This document shows, in pieces, positions 8,325 to 15,584 of a stretch of DNA of 26,023 nt. The stretch is from Candidatus Micrarchaeota archaeon (GTDB lineage Archaea > Micrarchaeota > Micrarchaeia > Anstonellales > Bilamarchaeaceae). Made by a program: the position numbers and the translations under genes. The number at the start of each line of letters is the position of its first letter. The stretch's first letter is position 1. The notes beneath the pieces were generated by a model. That model searched no databases, had not been told where the DNA came from, and saw only the letters and a program-made list of their open reading frames with translations. The DNA lies in NCBI GenBank assembly GCA_018304385.1, contig JAGVWJ010000034.1, forward strand, positions 1 through 26,023, read 5' to 3'.

Positions 8325-9137
8325 TTATTTATATCTTCTGCTGATCGCGTAAACTGCACCAAGGTATCCAACATATGCAATAACACGCAATAGCGAAGGA
8401 TTCCCGTCATAACCAAAGAGCGCCTTAGCCATACTACCAACCAATCCCTTTTCGTGTAGTAATGGATAACTTTCATCTGGGTTTTGTGGCGGATTAATAT
8501 CCCAAAGATGCTCAACTAAGGGTGGCAGTAGCTTTGCTTCTGCTAGTTCATGAATGCCATGCGAAAATAACCCAGCAGCGATAAAAATAAGGAAAATAGT
8601 TGTAATTTTGAAAAACTTTCCAAGATCAAATCGCATAGAGCGCTCGAATATTAAATAGCCAATAATTAGCGCAGCGACAACTCCTAGAAATCCCCCAACC
8701 AAGGACAGTCCACCCGTAGATACCTGTATGCCTGCCATGAATAAAACCGCTTCTATGCCTTCTCTAAATACAGAAGTAAATGCCAAGAACATTAAGCCAG
8801 TTGTTTGCTTGGAATCTAATTTTACTTGGACGTTGTGTCTTATTGTATCTGCAATTTTCTTATTTTCCATCATCCATAGTATAAGCCACGTTACTAGCAC
8901 TGTTGCGATAATCATGAACACTCCTTCGAACAGCTCTTCGTGCGCTTCAAATCCACCTTGCACGAATTGAAACCCATATGCAACAGCTATTGATGCAATT
9001 ATGCCCCATGCTACCCCTAGATAAACGTGCTTCTCGTGTTCCTGGTTTTTTGTTTTATGTAAATAAGCAAGCATTATACCTATAATTAGCGCGGCTTCAA
9101 TACTTTCGCGAAACATTACTATAAATTCAGCTAGCAT
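8325..9137 (-). CDS. FTR1/EfeU-family high-affinity iron permease
   Basis: Two RExxE motifs (FRESIEA, FREGIEA), multiple TM helices, GIHEL and a C-terminal LFGY...P segment. Confidence 0.95.
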   Translation of the reverse strand: MLAEFIVMFRESIEAALIIGIMLAYLHKTKNQEHEKHVYLGVAWGIIASIAVAYGFQFVQGGFEAHEELFEGVFMIIATVLVTWLILWMMENKKIADTIRHNVQVKLDSKQTTGLMFLAFTSVFREGIEAVLFMAGIQVSTGGLSLVGGFLGVVAALIIGYLIFERSMRFDLGKFFKITTIFLIFIAAGLFSHGIHELAEAKLLPPLVEHLWDINPPQNPDESYPLLHEKGLVGSMAKALFGYDGNPSLLRVIAYVGYLGAVYAISRRYK

Positions 9138-9180
9138 AGTATTTCCTATATAATTCGGTTTATTTAATTACTTCCCTAAG

Positions 9181-9202
9181 AAATTTAGGTGCACCTAAAT
9201 TT
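9181..9202. promoter_or_regulatory. DtxR-family operator upstream of the FTR1 gene
   Basis: Perfect 22-bp palindrome AAATTTAGGTGCACCTAAATTT with a TTAGG-N4-CCTAA core like DtxR/IdeR-family boxes. It overlaps the stop codon of the 9195-9572 regulator. Confidence 0.85.
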
Positions 9203-9572
9203 TGTTTAACTCTAGTTTCTCAACAAGTGCCTGAACCGCGTTGTTTGTTTCATCACTAACATAATGCTCTAGAATACAAGCATCCCTGTATGCAGTTTTT
9301 GGTGATACACCAGCAAGTTCGAACAAGCGTAAAAATATTTTATAACGTGCATTAATAAGTTCTGCAACCTTTCTACCATCATTCGTTAACGTTATCCCCC
9401 TGCGTTTTTCATAAATGATTAAATTAACCACAGCTAATTTCTCCAGCATCTCGCTTGCAGTAGAAGGTTTAACTTCCAAAGAATCAGCAATATCCTTGAC
9501 TCTAACATAACCTTTCTTTTCGATAATTTCATAAATAGTACGTAGGTAATTCTCACCAGTTCTCGAAAGCAT
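9195..9572 (-). CDS. DtxR/MntR-family metal-dependent transcriptional regulator (short form)
   Basis: ENYLRTIY, HTH VKDIADSLEVKPSTASEMLEKL and DACILEH; no FeoA domain. Confidence 0.93.
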   Translation of the reverse strand: MLSRTGENYLRTIYEIIEKKGYVRVKDIADSLEVKPSTASEMLEKLAVVNLIIYEKRRGITLTNDGRKVAELINARYKIFLRLFELAGVSPKTAYRDACILEHYVSDETNNAVQALVEKLELNKI

Positions 9573-9594
9573 AATATACTATTACTGAGAAAGG

Positions 9595-9620
9595 GTTATA
9601 AATTTAGGCATGCCTAAATT
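9595..9620. promoter_or_regulatory. Shared TATA element plus DtxR-family operator between the two divergent regulators
   Basis: GTTATAAA (9595-9602) is followed by the perfect 20-bp palindrome AATTTAGGCATGCCTAAATT (9601-9620), which has the same core as the 9181 site. Confidence 0.85.
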
Positions 9621-9641
9621 ATTAGCATTTCGGATGGGATT

Positions 9642-10088
9642 ATGGAGATAAAATCTGGTTATAGCTATCTACGTGTTATATATTCATTGATTGAAGATAA
9701 GAAAGAAGTAAGTACTAATAATATTGCAAACGCATTAGGTGTTAAACCAGCAAGCGTTACAGAAATGATTCATAAGCTTACAAAAGACAGTTACATACTT
9801 CATAAACCATACAAGAATATTACGCTTACTAAAAAAGGAGAAAAGGAAGCAATAAAAGCAATCAGAAGGCACAGGTTGATAGAGGATTTTCTTACTAGAG
9901 TTCTAAAAATAAATAAGAAAGATGCCTTAAAACAGACATTATCAATGGAACATTCATTAACAGATAAAACAGAAATAGAGTTGTGCAGGTTTTTGGAAAG
10001 ACCAATGCATGATCCGATTAATCATAAACCAATTCCTCATTGTGAGAAAAAAATAACCTGTGAAAGATGCCTTGCAGGAAGAGGCTAG
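9642..10088 (+). CDS. DtxR/MntR-family regulator with a Cys-rich C-terminal tail
   Basis: HTH IANALGVKPASVTEMIHKL, RRHRLIE, MEH and the C-terminus DPINHKPIPHCEKKITCERC. Confidence 0.92.
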   Translation: MEIKSGYSYLRVIYSLIEDKKEVSTNNIANALGVKPASVTEMIHKLTKDSYILHKPYKNITLTKKGEKEAIKAIRRHRLIEDFLTRVLKINKKDALKQTLSMEHSLTDKTEIELCRFLERPMHDPINHKPIPHCEKKITCERCLAGRG

Positions 10089-10091
10089 CAC

Positions 10092-11192
10092 TCACCCAAT
10101 TTTGATTGGAACGTTTTTATAACTATCATCAATCCTTGCAATCGCCCCAGTTATACAATGTATGTTGCCCTGTGCATTATAACCTATATCCTTTACAAAA
10201 ACTACAGCCATGTCGTTATCTTCTAAGATTTTTTTTATTTTATCCTCTAATGTCTCATTGCCAAAGCTAGGTAATATTACCTTTGTTCTTCCATCTGGTA
10301 GTTCTATCGGTATCACATTTGCATATGATCGATACTTTTTTACAAAATCATCTTTGCTAGGAATTTTTATTAATTTGAATCCTTCTTTTTCCAATTGCTC
10401 TGCATATATTTTTAGCCCATTGCTTATTCCTTGTTCTTTTATAGAGTCTGGATCAATAATTACGGCAACATTATTTTTTGGAAAGAAAACTGCTTGGTCT
10501 ATATGGAATATATAATGTGGTTTATCATATCTGCCGCCTTCACTACCTAACATAACCACATTATCTGCATTGAATGCATGAGTAAGTATTGATTTTATTT
10601 CAGTATCAGAAATATCATAACCCAGTCTTTTATAGTGGATTCGTGTATTATTAACACTTTGAGGGCCAATAACCACGGTTTTCTTTCCATTAACAACAGT
10701 TGTAGTTACATCTCCACCTTCGAACAGAATCGGTATCTGTGTTATTGGTATTTCCATAGGGGGTGTTTGGAACCCACTCGTACGAATTCCTTTTATTAAT
10801 TCTGATTTGCCATCTTTTGTGCGCACACTCTGGCCAACATCCTGCGCCCATATTTTTATAGGTTTTTCAGCTAATTTAAATTCAAGTCTCCCATTTTCAT
10901 ACATTCTCTTTAGTTCTGGCTTTAAAGAGAAGAACATTGTCTTTAGATACTCTAAATCAAAATCTTTAGTGAAATATATTGTAAATTTCGTTTGGTTCGA
11001 TGATCTTAAAGTTTCGCTTACTATATCAGCTTGTTCTTTTGCCAAATTCTCAATATCCAGCCTGTTTACACTTTTTGAGATTATATGAAAAAAATGATTT
11101 TGTTTATATTCTGGGGTAAATGATACATTAGTTCTGTCACTCTTTAAAAAATCGGTAATCTCCTTTGATACTTCTGCTTTTTTATATGCCAT
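10092..11192 (-). CDS. Pentein-superfamily guanidino-modifying enzyme (agmatine/peptidylarginine deiminase-like)
   Basis: Ordered motifs WAQD, EGGD, FHIDQ, SYAN and GNIHCIT match the Asp/His/Asp/Cys catalytic constellation of the AguA/PPAD family. Confidence 0.75.
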   Translation of the reverse strand: MAYKKAEVSKEITDFLKSDRTNVSFTPEYKQNHFFHIISKSVNRLDIENLAKEQADIVSETLRSSNQTKFTIYFTKDFDLEYLKTMFFSLKPELKRMYENGRLEFKLAEKPIKIWAQDVGQSVRTKDGKSELIKGIRTSGFQTPPMEIPITQIPILFEGGDVTTTVVNGKKTVVIGPQSVNNTRIHYKRLGYDISDTEIKSILTHAFNADNVVMLGSEGGRYDKPHYIFHIDQAVFFPKNNVAVIIDPDSIKEQGISNGLKIYAEQLEKEGFKLIKIPSKDDFVKKYRSYANVIPIELPDGRTKVILPSFGNETLEDKIKKILEDNDMAVVFVKDIGYNAQGNIHCITGAIARIDDSYKNVPIKIG

Positions 11193-11251
11193 ATAGTTTT
11201 AGTCAGATGTAACTTATTTAAAATAACTGTTACTGAATTAATATTGATAAC

Positions 11252-12172
11252 ATGCTTGAAACCGAATTCTTAGGACTAAAAATGAAAAATCCATTGTTTT
11301 TAGCGAGTGGAATCCAAGGTGTGACAAAAGCAAATTTAGAAGAAGTATGCAAGTTTGCTGGTGCAGTAATATGCAAATCACTTACTCTAGAAACGCGCAA
11401 AGGTCATGAAACACCAATAATGGTCGAAACTAATTGCGGATTTTTGAACGCAGTTGGTTACTCTAACCCTGGGATTGATGCTGGTCTGGAAGAATTTTTT
11501 GGTTGGAAAAAGAAAGAACCACTTATATTAAGTATAACTGCACGCACTGTAACCGAGTATGAAACGCTCGCTGAGAAAATAAGCCACAAAATAAAAGATG
11601 GAATGCGAATTGATGCGTTTGAAGTAGTTCTATCATGTCCGCACACCCCTGAGTATGGCTTAATGGCAGGTCAACAAACACCAGAAACTGCTAGCGAGAT
11701 TGTTAAAGCAATTAAAAAACATGTTAGTACGTTGCCGCTTATATTAAAAATCTCTCCTGGAATTCCTGGCGAAGTAGAAGTTGCAAAAGCAGTTGAGCAT
11801 GCTGGTGCAAATGCAATTGATGTTGGAAACACCATTGGACCCGGAATGGTTATTGATATCGAGAGACATGCACGTCTGCCTGGTTTTGGTATGGGTGGGT
11901 TAAGCGGGCCAGCAATGCGCCCTATTGCAATACGTTGTGTCTACGATATTTACAATGCAGTAAAAATTCCAATTATTGGTTGCGGTGGGATAACCTATGG
12001 AAAAGATGCAATAGAGTTTATGCAAGCAGGTGCCAGTGTTGTTGCGATTGGCACAGCAGTTTATTATCGCGGTACGAATGTTTTCTCCAAAATAGCAAAA
12101 GAAATGGAAAAATGGTTACATGGACATAATTATTCTAGTGTGAAAGAGATTGTTGGATTAGCACATAAATAA
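11252..12172 (+). CDS. pyrD: Dihydroorotate dehydrogenase class 1B, catalytic subunit
   Basis: NPLFLASG, NAVGYSNPG, LSCPH, LKISP, GNT, GGLSGPAMRP, IIGCGGI and AGASVVAIGTA. Confidence 0.93.
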   Translation: MLETEFLGLKMKNPLFLASGIQGVTKANLEEVCKFAGAVICKSLTLETRKGHETPIMVETNCGFLNAVGYSNPGIDAGLEEFFGWKKKEPLILSITARTVTEYETLAEKISHKIKDGMRIDAFEVVLSCPHTPEYGLMAGQQTPETASEIVKAIKKHVSTLPLILKISPGIPGEVEVAKAVEHAGANAIDVGNTIGPGMVIDIERHARLPGFGMGGLSGPAMRPIAIRCVYDIYNAVKIPIIGCGGITYGKDAIEFMQAGASVVAIGTAVYYRGTNVFSKIAKEMEKWLHGHNYSSVKEIVGLAHK

Positions 12173-12973
12173 TTATTTATAAATTATATCTGTTATTTTT
12201 CCAACCCGTGTCCATTCCCATGGTTTATTTTCGTTTAAATGATCACAAACTACAGAACAATCAGCATAAAGTTCAAAGCCTTTTTCAAGCAGATCAATAC
12301 AAAATAAAACATCATCAAATCCTCCAATATAATTATTTCTAAATGGAACTGCCTCGAGTGCCCTTCTACTAACTAACGTACAACCAGAGCCGCATGATCG
12401 TATTTTTATTAATTTTCCAGATTTAATTTCCTCTTCACTCAATGGTCTCATAAGCTGTGAAAAATCAAAATTTTTTGTTACTAGTGCACGATATAAAGGT
12501 GGATCCTTAACTTTCACTTTTTCTAAATCACCCATAATTCTTCCAATGTCATCTTTTGTAAACCACGTGTACGCGACAGGCATCTTTTCGCGTTTACCAG
12601 GTATTTGCTCAAAATAATTATAGTAAATGCCAGATACAAAATCTTTTTTATGCGCAAGCATCCTTTCAATAACATCTTTTGGAGGAATTACATCCTGGTC
12701 AATATCCATAAAATAATCGTATCCATTTTTCAAAACGTATTCCCGTATATAATTTCTAGAAGCAACCATTCTTTCTTTTATTGTTTCTTTGTCATACCCA
12801 AAGCGCACTATTAGAACTTTATCTTTTATTTCATTATAAAAATCTTCAGTATCAGAATTATCTACCAGCAAGACATCATAATTGGAATAACTTAGATTTT
12901 TTAGCATCTCCAGATATTGCGGGGCGCAGTATTTGTGATGCTTAGAAACAGGAGAACCAACCAGAACTTTCAT
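12173..12973 (-). CDS. Family 2 (GT-A fold) glycosyltransferase
   Basis: VLLVDNS, DYFMDIDQD (DxD), GSGCTLVSR and FDDVLFC. Confidence 0.85.
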   Translation of the reverse strand: MKVLVGSPVSKHHKYCAPQYLEMLKNLSYSNYDVLLVDNSDTEDFYNEIKDKVLIVRFGYDKETIKERMVASRNYIREYVLKNGYDYFMDIDQDVIPPKDVIERMLAHKKDFVSGIYYNYFEQIPGKREKMPVAYTWFTKDDIGRIMGDLEKVKVKDPPLYRALVTKNFDFSQLMRPLSEEEIKSGKLIKIRSCGSGCTLVSRRALEAVPFRNNYIGGFDDVLFCIDLLEKGFELYADCSVVCDHLNENKPWEWTRVGKITDIIYK

Positions 12974-13015
12974 ATAATAATATTAATTGATCACTATTAT
13001 ATAATTTTTGATTTT

Positions 13016-13828
13016 ATGGAAATTACCCCAAAGAACCAAAGCTTTCAAATGCAAACATACAAAGTTGCTAAAATTATTGATGAAAATTACAGGATAAAAA
13101 CATTTGAATTGGGTGCCAGTTTTAAAGGAAAACCAGGACAGTATATCATGATCTGGATACCTGGCGTTGGAGAAAGACCAATGAGTTTGGGAAGTAGCTC
13201 TCCGATTAGCGTTACAATTGCAAATGTTGGTAGGTTTAGCAATGCAATACATCAACTAAAAGAAGAGGATCTGATTTCGTTTCGTGGTCCTCTTGGAAAA
13301 GCATTTAGTATTTCGAAACTGAAGACCGGAAACCAAATACTTTTAGTAGGTGGGGGCTATGGAGTTGTACCCCTTGCTTATTTAGCACGAGAAGCAAAAA
13401 AGAAAGGGATCGGAAGTACTGCAATAATAGGCGCAAGGAAAAAAGACGATGTGATATATACAAATAATTTTGGCGGAGCAAAAATAATCATAACAACAGA
13501 TGATGGGAGTGAAGGGATTAAAGGAAATGTTATTGATGCAGTAAATAAGATTTTTGGTGAAGGCGAAAAATTCGATGCTGTTTATTCTTGTGGACCAGAA
13601 AAAATGATGCATAGGTTAGCAGAAATCTGCATTGAAAGGAAGATTTATTGCGAACTAAATATCGAGCGCTATATGAAATGCGGAATTAATATCTGTGGTG
13701 CCTGTGCAATTGATGGAAAGATCTGCTGTAGGGATGGACCAATCTTCACTGCAAAGGAGGCGTTGCGCTTTAAGGACTTTGGAAAGTGCTGCCGAGATGC
13801 GAGTGGTAAGAAAGTTGAATTGCATTAG
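13016..13828 (+). CDS. pyrK: Dihydroorotate dehydrogenase electron-transfer subunit (FAD/2Fe-2S)
   Basis: PGQYIMIW..ERPMS, RGPLG, GGGYGVVP, TDDGS, CGPEKM and the 2Fe-2S motif CGINICGAC...CRDGP. The start is reassigned to ATG 13016 (or 13049) because the track start at 12917 overlaps the divergent GT gene. Confidence 0.93.
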   Translation: MEITPKNQSFQMQTYKVAKIIDENYRIKTFELGASFKGKPGQYIMIWIPGVGERPMSLGSSSPISVTIANVGRFSNAIHQLKEEDLISFRGPLGKAFSISKLKTGNQILLVGGGYGVVPLAYLAREAKKKGIGSTAIIGARKKDDVIYTNNFGGAKIIITTDDGSEGIKGNVIDAVNKIFGEGEKFDAVYSCGPEKMMHRLAEICIERKIYCELNIERYMKCGINICGACAIDGKICCRDGPIFTAKEALRFKDFGKCCRDASGKKVELH

Positions 13829-13840
13829 TATTTTATTTAG

Positions 13841-13918
13841 AAACCATCGAATTGCCGACGCAGCCCTAGATCTCATTAGACTGCGTCCATATAGAAAACA
13901 TCGGTAAAACGACGGTTT
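13841..13918. ncRNA. Candidate structured RNA or DNA element of unknown class (long interrupted hairpin)
   Basis: Nested stems: AAACCATCG/CGACGGTTT, TTGCCGA/TCGGTAA and GACGCAG/CTGCGTC. The stretch is GC-richer than its flanks. Confidence 0.35.
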
Positions 13919-13951
13919 TATAATAATGAGAAAATATAAGTATATTATAGT

Positions 13952-14106
13952 GGGCCCGTAGCATAACTTGGACAATGCACCTCGCTTCGGATGCAACTTC
14001 TAATAGCGGAAGTTACGAGGGGACTAGGGGTTCAAATTCAAACTTTTAGTAAAAGTTTGATCAAAACTGGTTAATTAAGTTTTGATTGAAAATCCTCTCG
14101 GGCTCG
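13952..14106 (+). tRNA. tRNA-Arg(UCG) with two introns: 37/38 (13991-14014, 24 nt) and 59/60 in the T-loop (14038-14092, 55 nt); CCA not encoded
   Basis: Acceptor stem GGGCCCG/CGGGCTC plus discriminator G, D-stem GCAT/ATGC, anticodon stem CCTCG/CGAGG with loop CT-TCG-GA, T-stem AGGGG/CCTCT with spliced loop TTCAAAT. BHB-type junctions occur at both introns. Confidence 0.88.
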
Positions 14107-14141
14107 ATTTATTTTTATATATTTCCATTCTATTTCTACCT

Positions 14142-15500
14142 ATGCGATTTTTGATTCTTGCATTATTGATAATATCAAGTATATTCGCGCAAAGTAATGA
14201 TACGGGACCGGGAGGTCACGATGTAGTTACAGATACACCTACAGTAGTTATTCCACCAGATTCACTAGATTCATGCGATGCAGGATTTGTAGATACACTC
14301 AATATTCGTGCATTAGATACTAAACTGCGACCAATAGAAGGCGCTAGCGTAACAGTTACCTATCAGTTGGATAAATCAACAAGTAAAGGGTATTTCACAA
14401 CACCTCCAAGGCTAACAAGCAAGAATGGAAATGTTACAGTTACAATAAGAAATTTAGAGAAGATTCAATCACAAGTTGATTGTGACATTAAAATTGACGT
14501 AACACTAGATGGAAAAAGTTTTTCAAAAGCTATTACTGCTGAAAACCACCCTTCATTTATTGATTTTAAGATAGATGTCTTTACGCTGCGCGTTTTAGTT
14601 GTTGATGAAAGGAACTCTGCAATAAGCGGTGCAGAGGTATTTGTCAATAATAGAAGTAAAATCACAGAAGGTGGCATTGCAGATTTCAAGGTATTCGGAG
14701 GTAAATCAAGGGTATTTGTAAAATATCTTGGCGGCAAGGAAGAATCAGAGGTTGATGTAACAGATGATTTAACTACTACAGTTCAATTGATTTTCTTTAA
14801 ATTAAAAATATACACTACTGATGAAAATGACGATCCGCTTAGTACTAAAATTACTATAGATGATAAAACTTATGATTCATCGGGTGAATTAAATTTAGAT
14901 AAAATTATTGGTCAATATCACACAGCAATGATAAATTATCAAGGCAGAGAAAAAACAATTGATCTAGATTTGGCTGAGAATACTGAATACAGCGCAGCCT
15001 TTGACATATCATCACCAAAGATAAAAAGAGTTGATGTTTTTGAAGAAGGAAATAAAATTAGGGTTGTTATTACTACAGAAGATGAAGGACAGTTTGCGAG
15101 TGGTGTAGCTGCATCAGATGTTAGTGTTCGTTACATTTCTGAAACAGGCGGAACAAAAAAGATTGCAGTTTATCAAAATAAACCAAACCAGTTTACGGCA
15201 GAAATACCAGTTCCTACTGGTTTTAATGAAATTAGTTTTACTGTTGATGTAAAAGATAGAGAAGGAAATAGTGTTAGTGCAGAAGGCTTGCATAAATTAA
15301 GTGGTGGGTCAAGTAGTAATGGGGCAAATGGTGGCGGAACAGGTCCAAATTTCCCAAATCCTAAAAACCAAACAGATGGTCCGGACCAACCTCCGTCTTC
15401 TGATCAGGGACTACCACTCCACTACATAATAGGAGGTATTATAATACTTGTGGTTGTATTCTATGTTGTATATCGTCTGAAATTCAAAAAAGAGGGGTAG
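14142..15500 (+). CDS. Membrane-anchored cell-surface protein with tandem beta-sandwich (carboxypeptidase-regulatory/Ig-like) domains
   Basis: Signal peptide MRFLILALLIISSIFA, repeats such as LRPIEGASVTV and NSAISGAEVFV, a Gly/Pro linker, and a C-terminal TM helix followed by RLKFKKEG. The start is moved to ATG 14142 because the track TTG at 14082 lies inside the tRNA. Confidence 0.8.
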   Translation: MRFLILALLIISSIFAQSNDTGPGGHDVVTDTPTVVIPPDSLDSCDAGFVDTLNIRALDTKLRPIEGASVTVTYQLDKSTSKGYFTTPPRLTSKNGNVTVTIRNLEKIQSQVDCDIKIDVTLDGKSFSKAITAENHPSFIDFKIDVFTLRVLVVDERNSAISGAEVFVNNRSKITEGGIADFKVFGGKSRVFVKYLGGKEESEVDVTDDLTTTVQLIFFKLKIYTTDENDDPLSTKITIDDKTYDSSGELNLDKIIGQYHTAMINYQGREKTIDLDLAENTEYSAAFDISSPKIKRVDVFEEGNKIRVVITTEDEGQFASGVAASDVSVRYISETGGTKKIAVYQNKPNQFTAEIPVPTGFNEISFTVDVKDREGNSVSAEGLHKLSGGSSSNGANGGGTGPNFPNPKNQTDGPDQPPSSDQGLPLHYIIGGIIILVVVFYVVYRLKFKKEG

Positions 15501-15584
15501 GAAAGGAAAAAGATATGGTTTTTAAATACTTTGTTACTATATGTAATACCACACATAATCATAAAATATCAAAGGTGGTTTGAC

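Noticed and set aside
12917-13015. N-terminal extension of pyrK given in the ORF track
   Set aside because: It overlaps the start of the divergent glycosyltransferase and the AT-rich promoter region; PyrK-like sequence begins after 13016.
14082-14141. TTG-start extension of the surface protein
   Set aside because: It lies within the tRNA intron and 3' exon; the signal peptide begins at ATG 14142.
15531-15584. TTG-start extension of the triple-HTH protein
   Set aside because: A good SD-like motif precedes ATG 15585, and the extension looks like promoter sequence.
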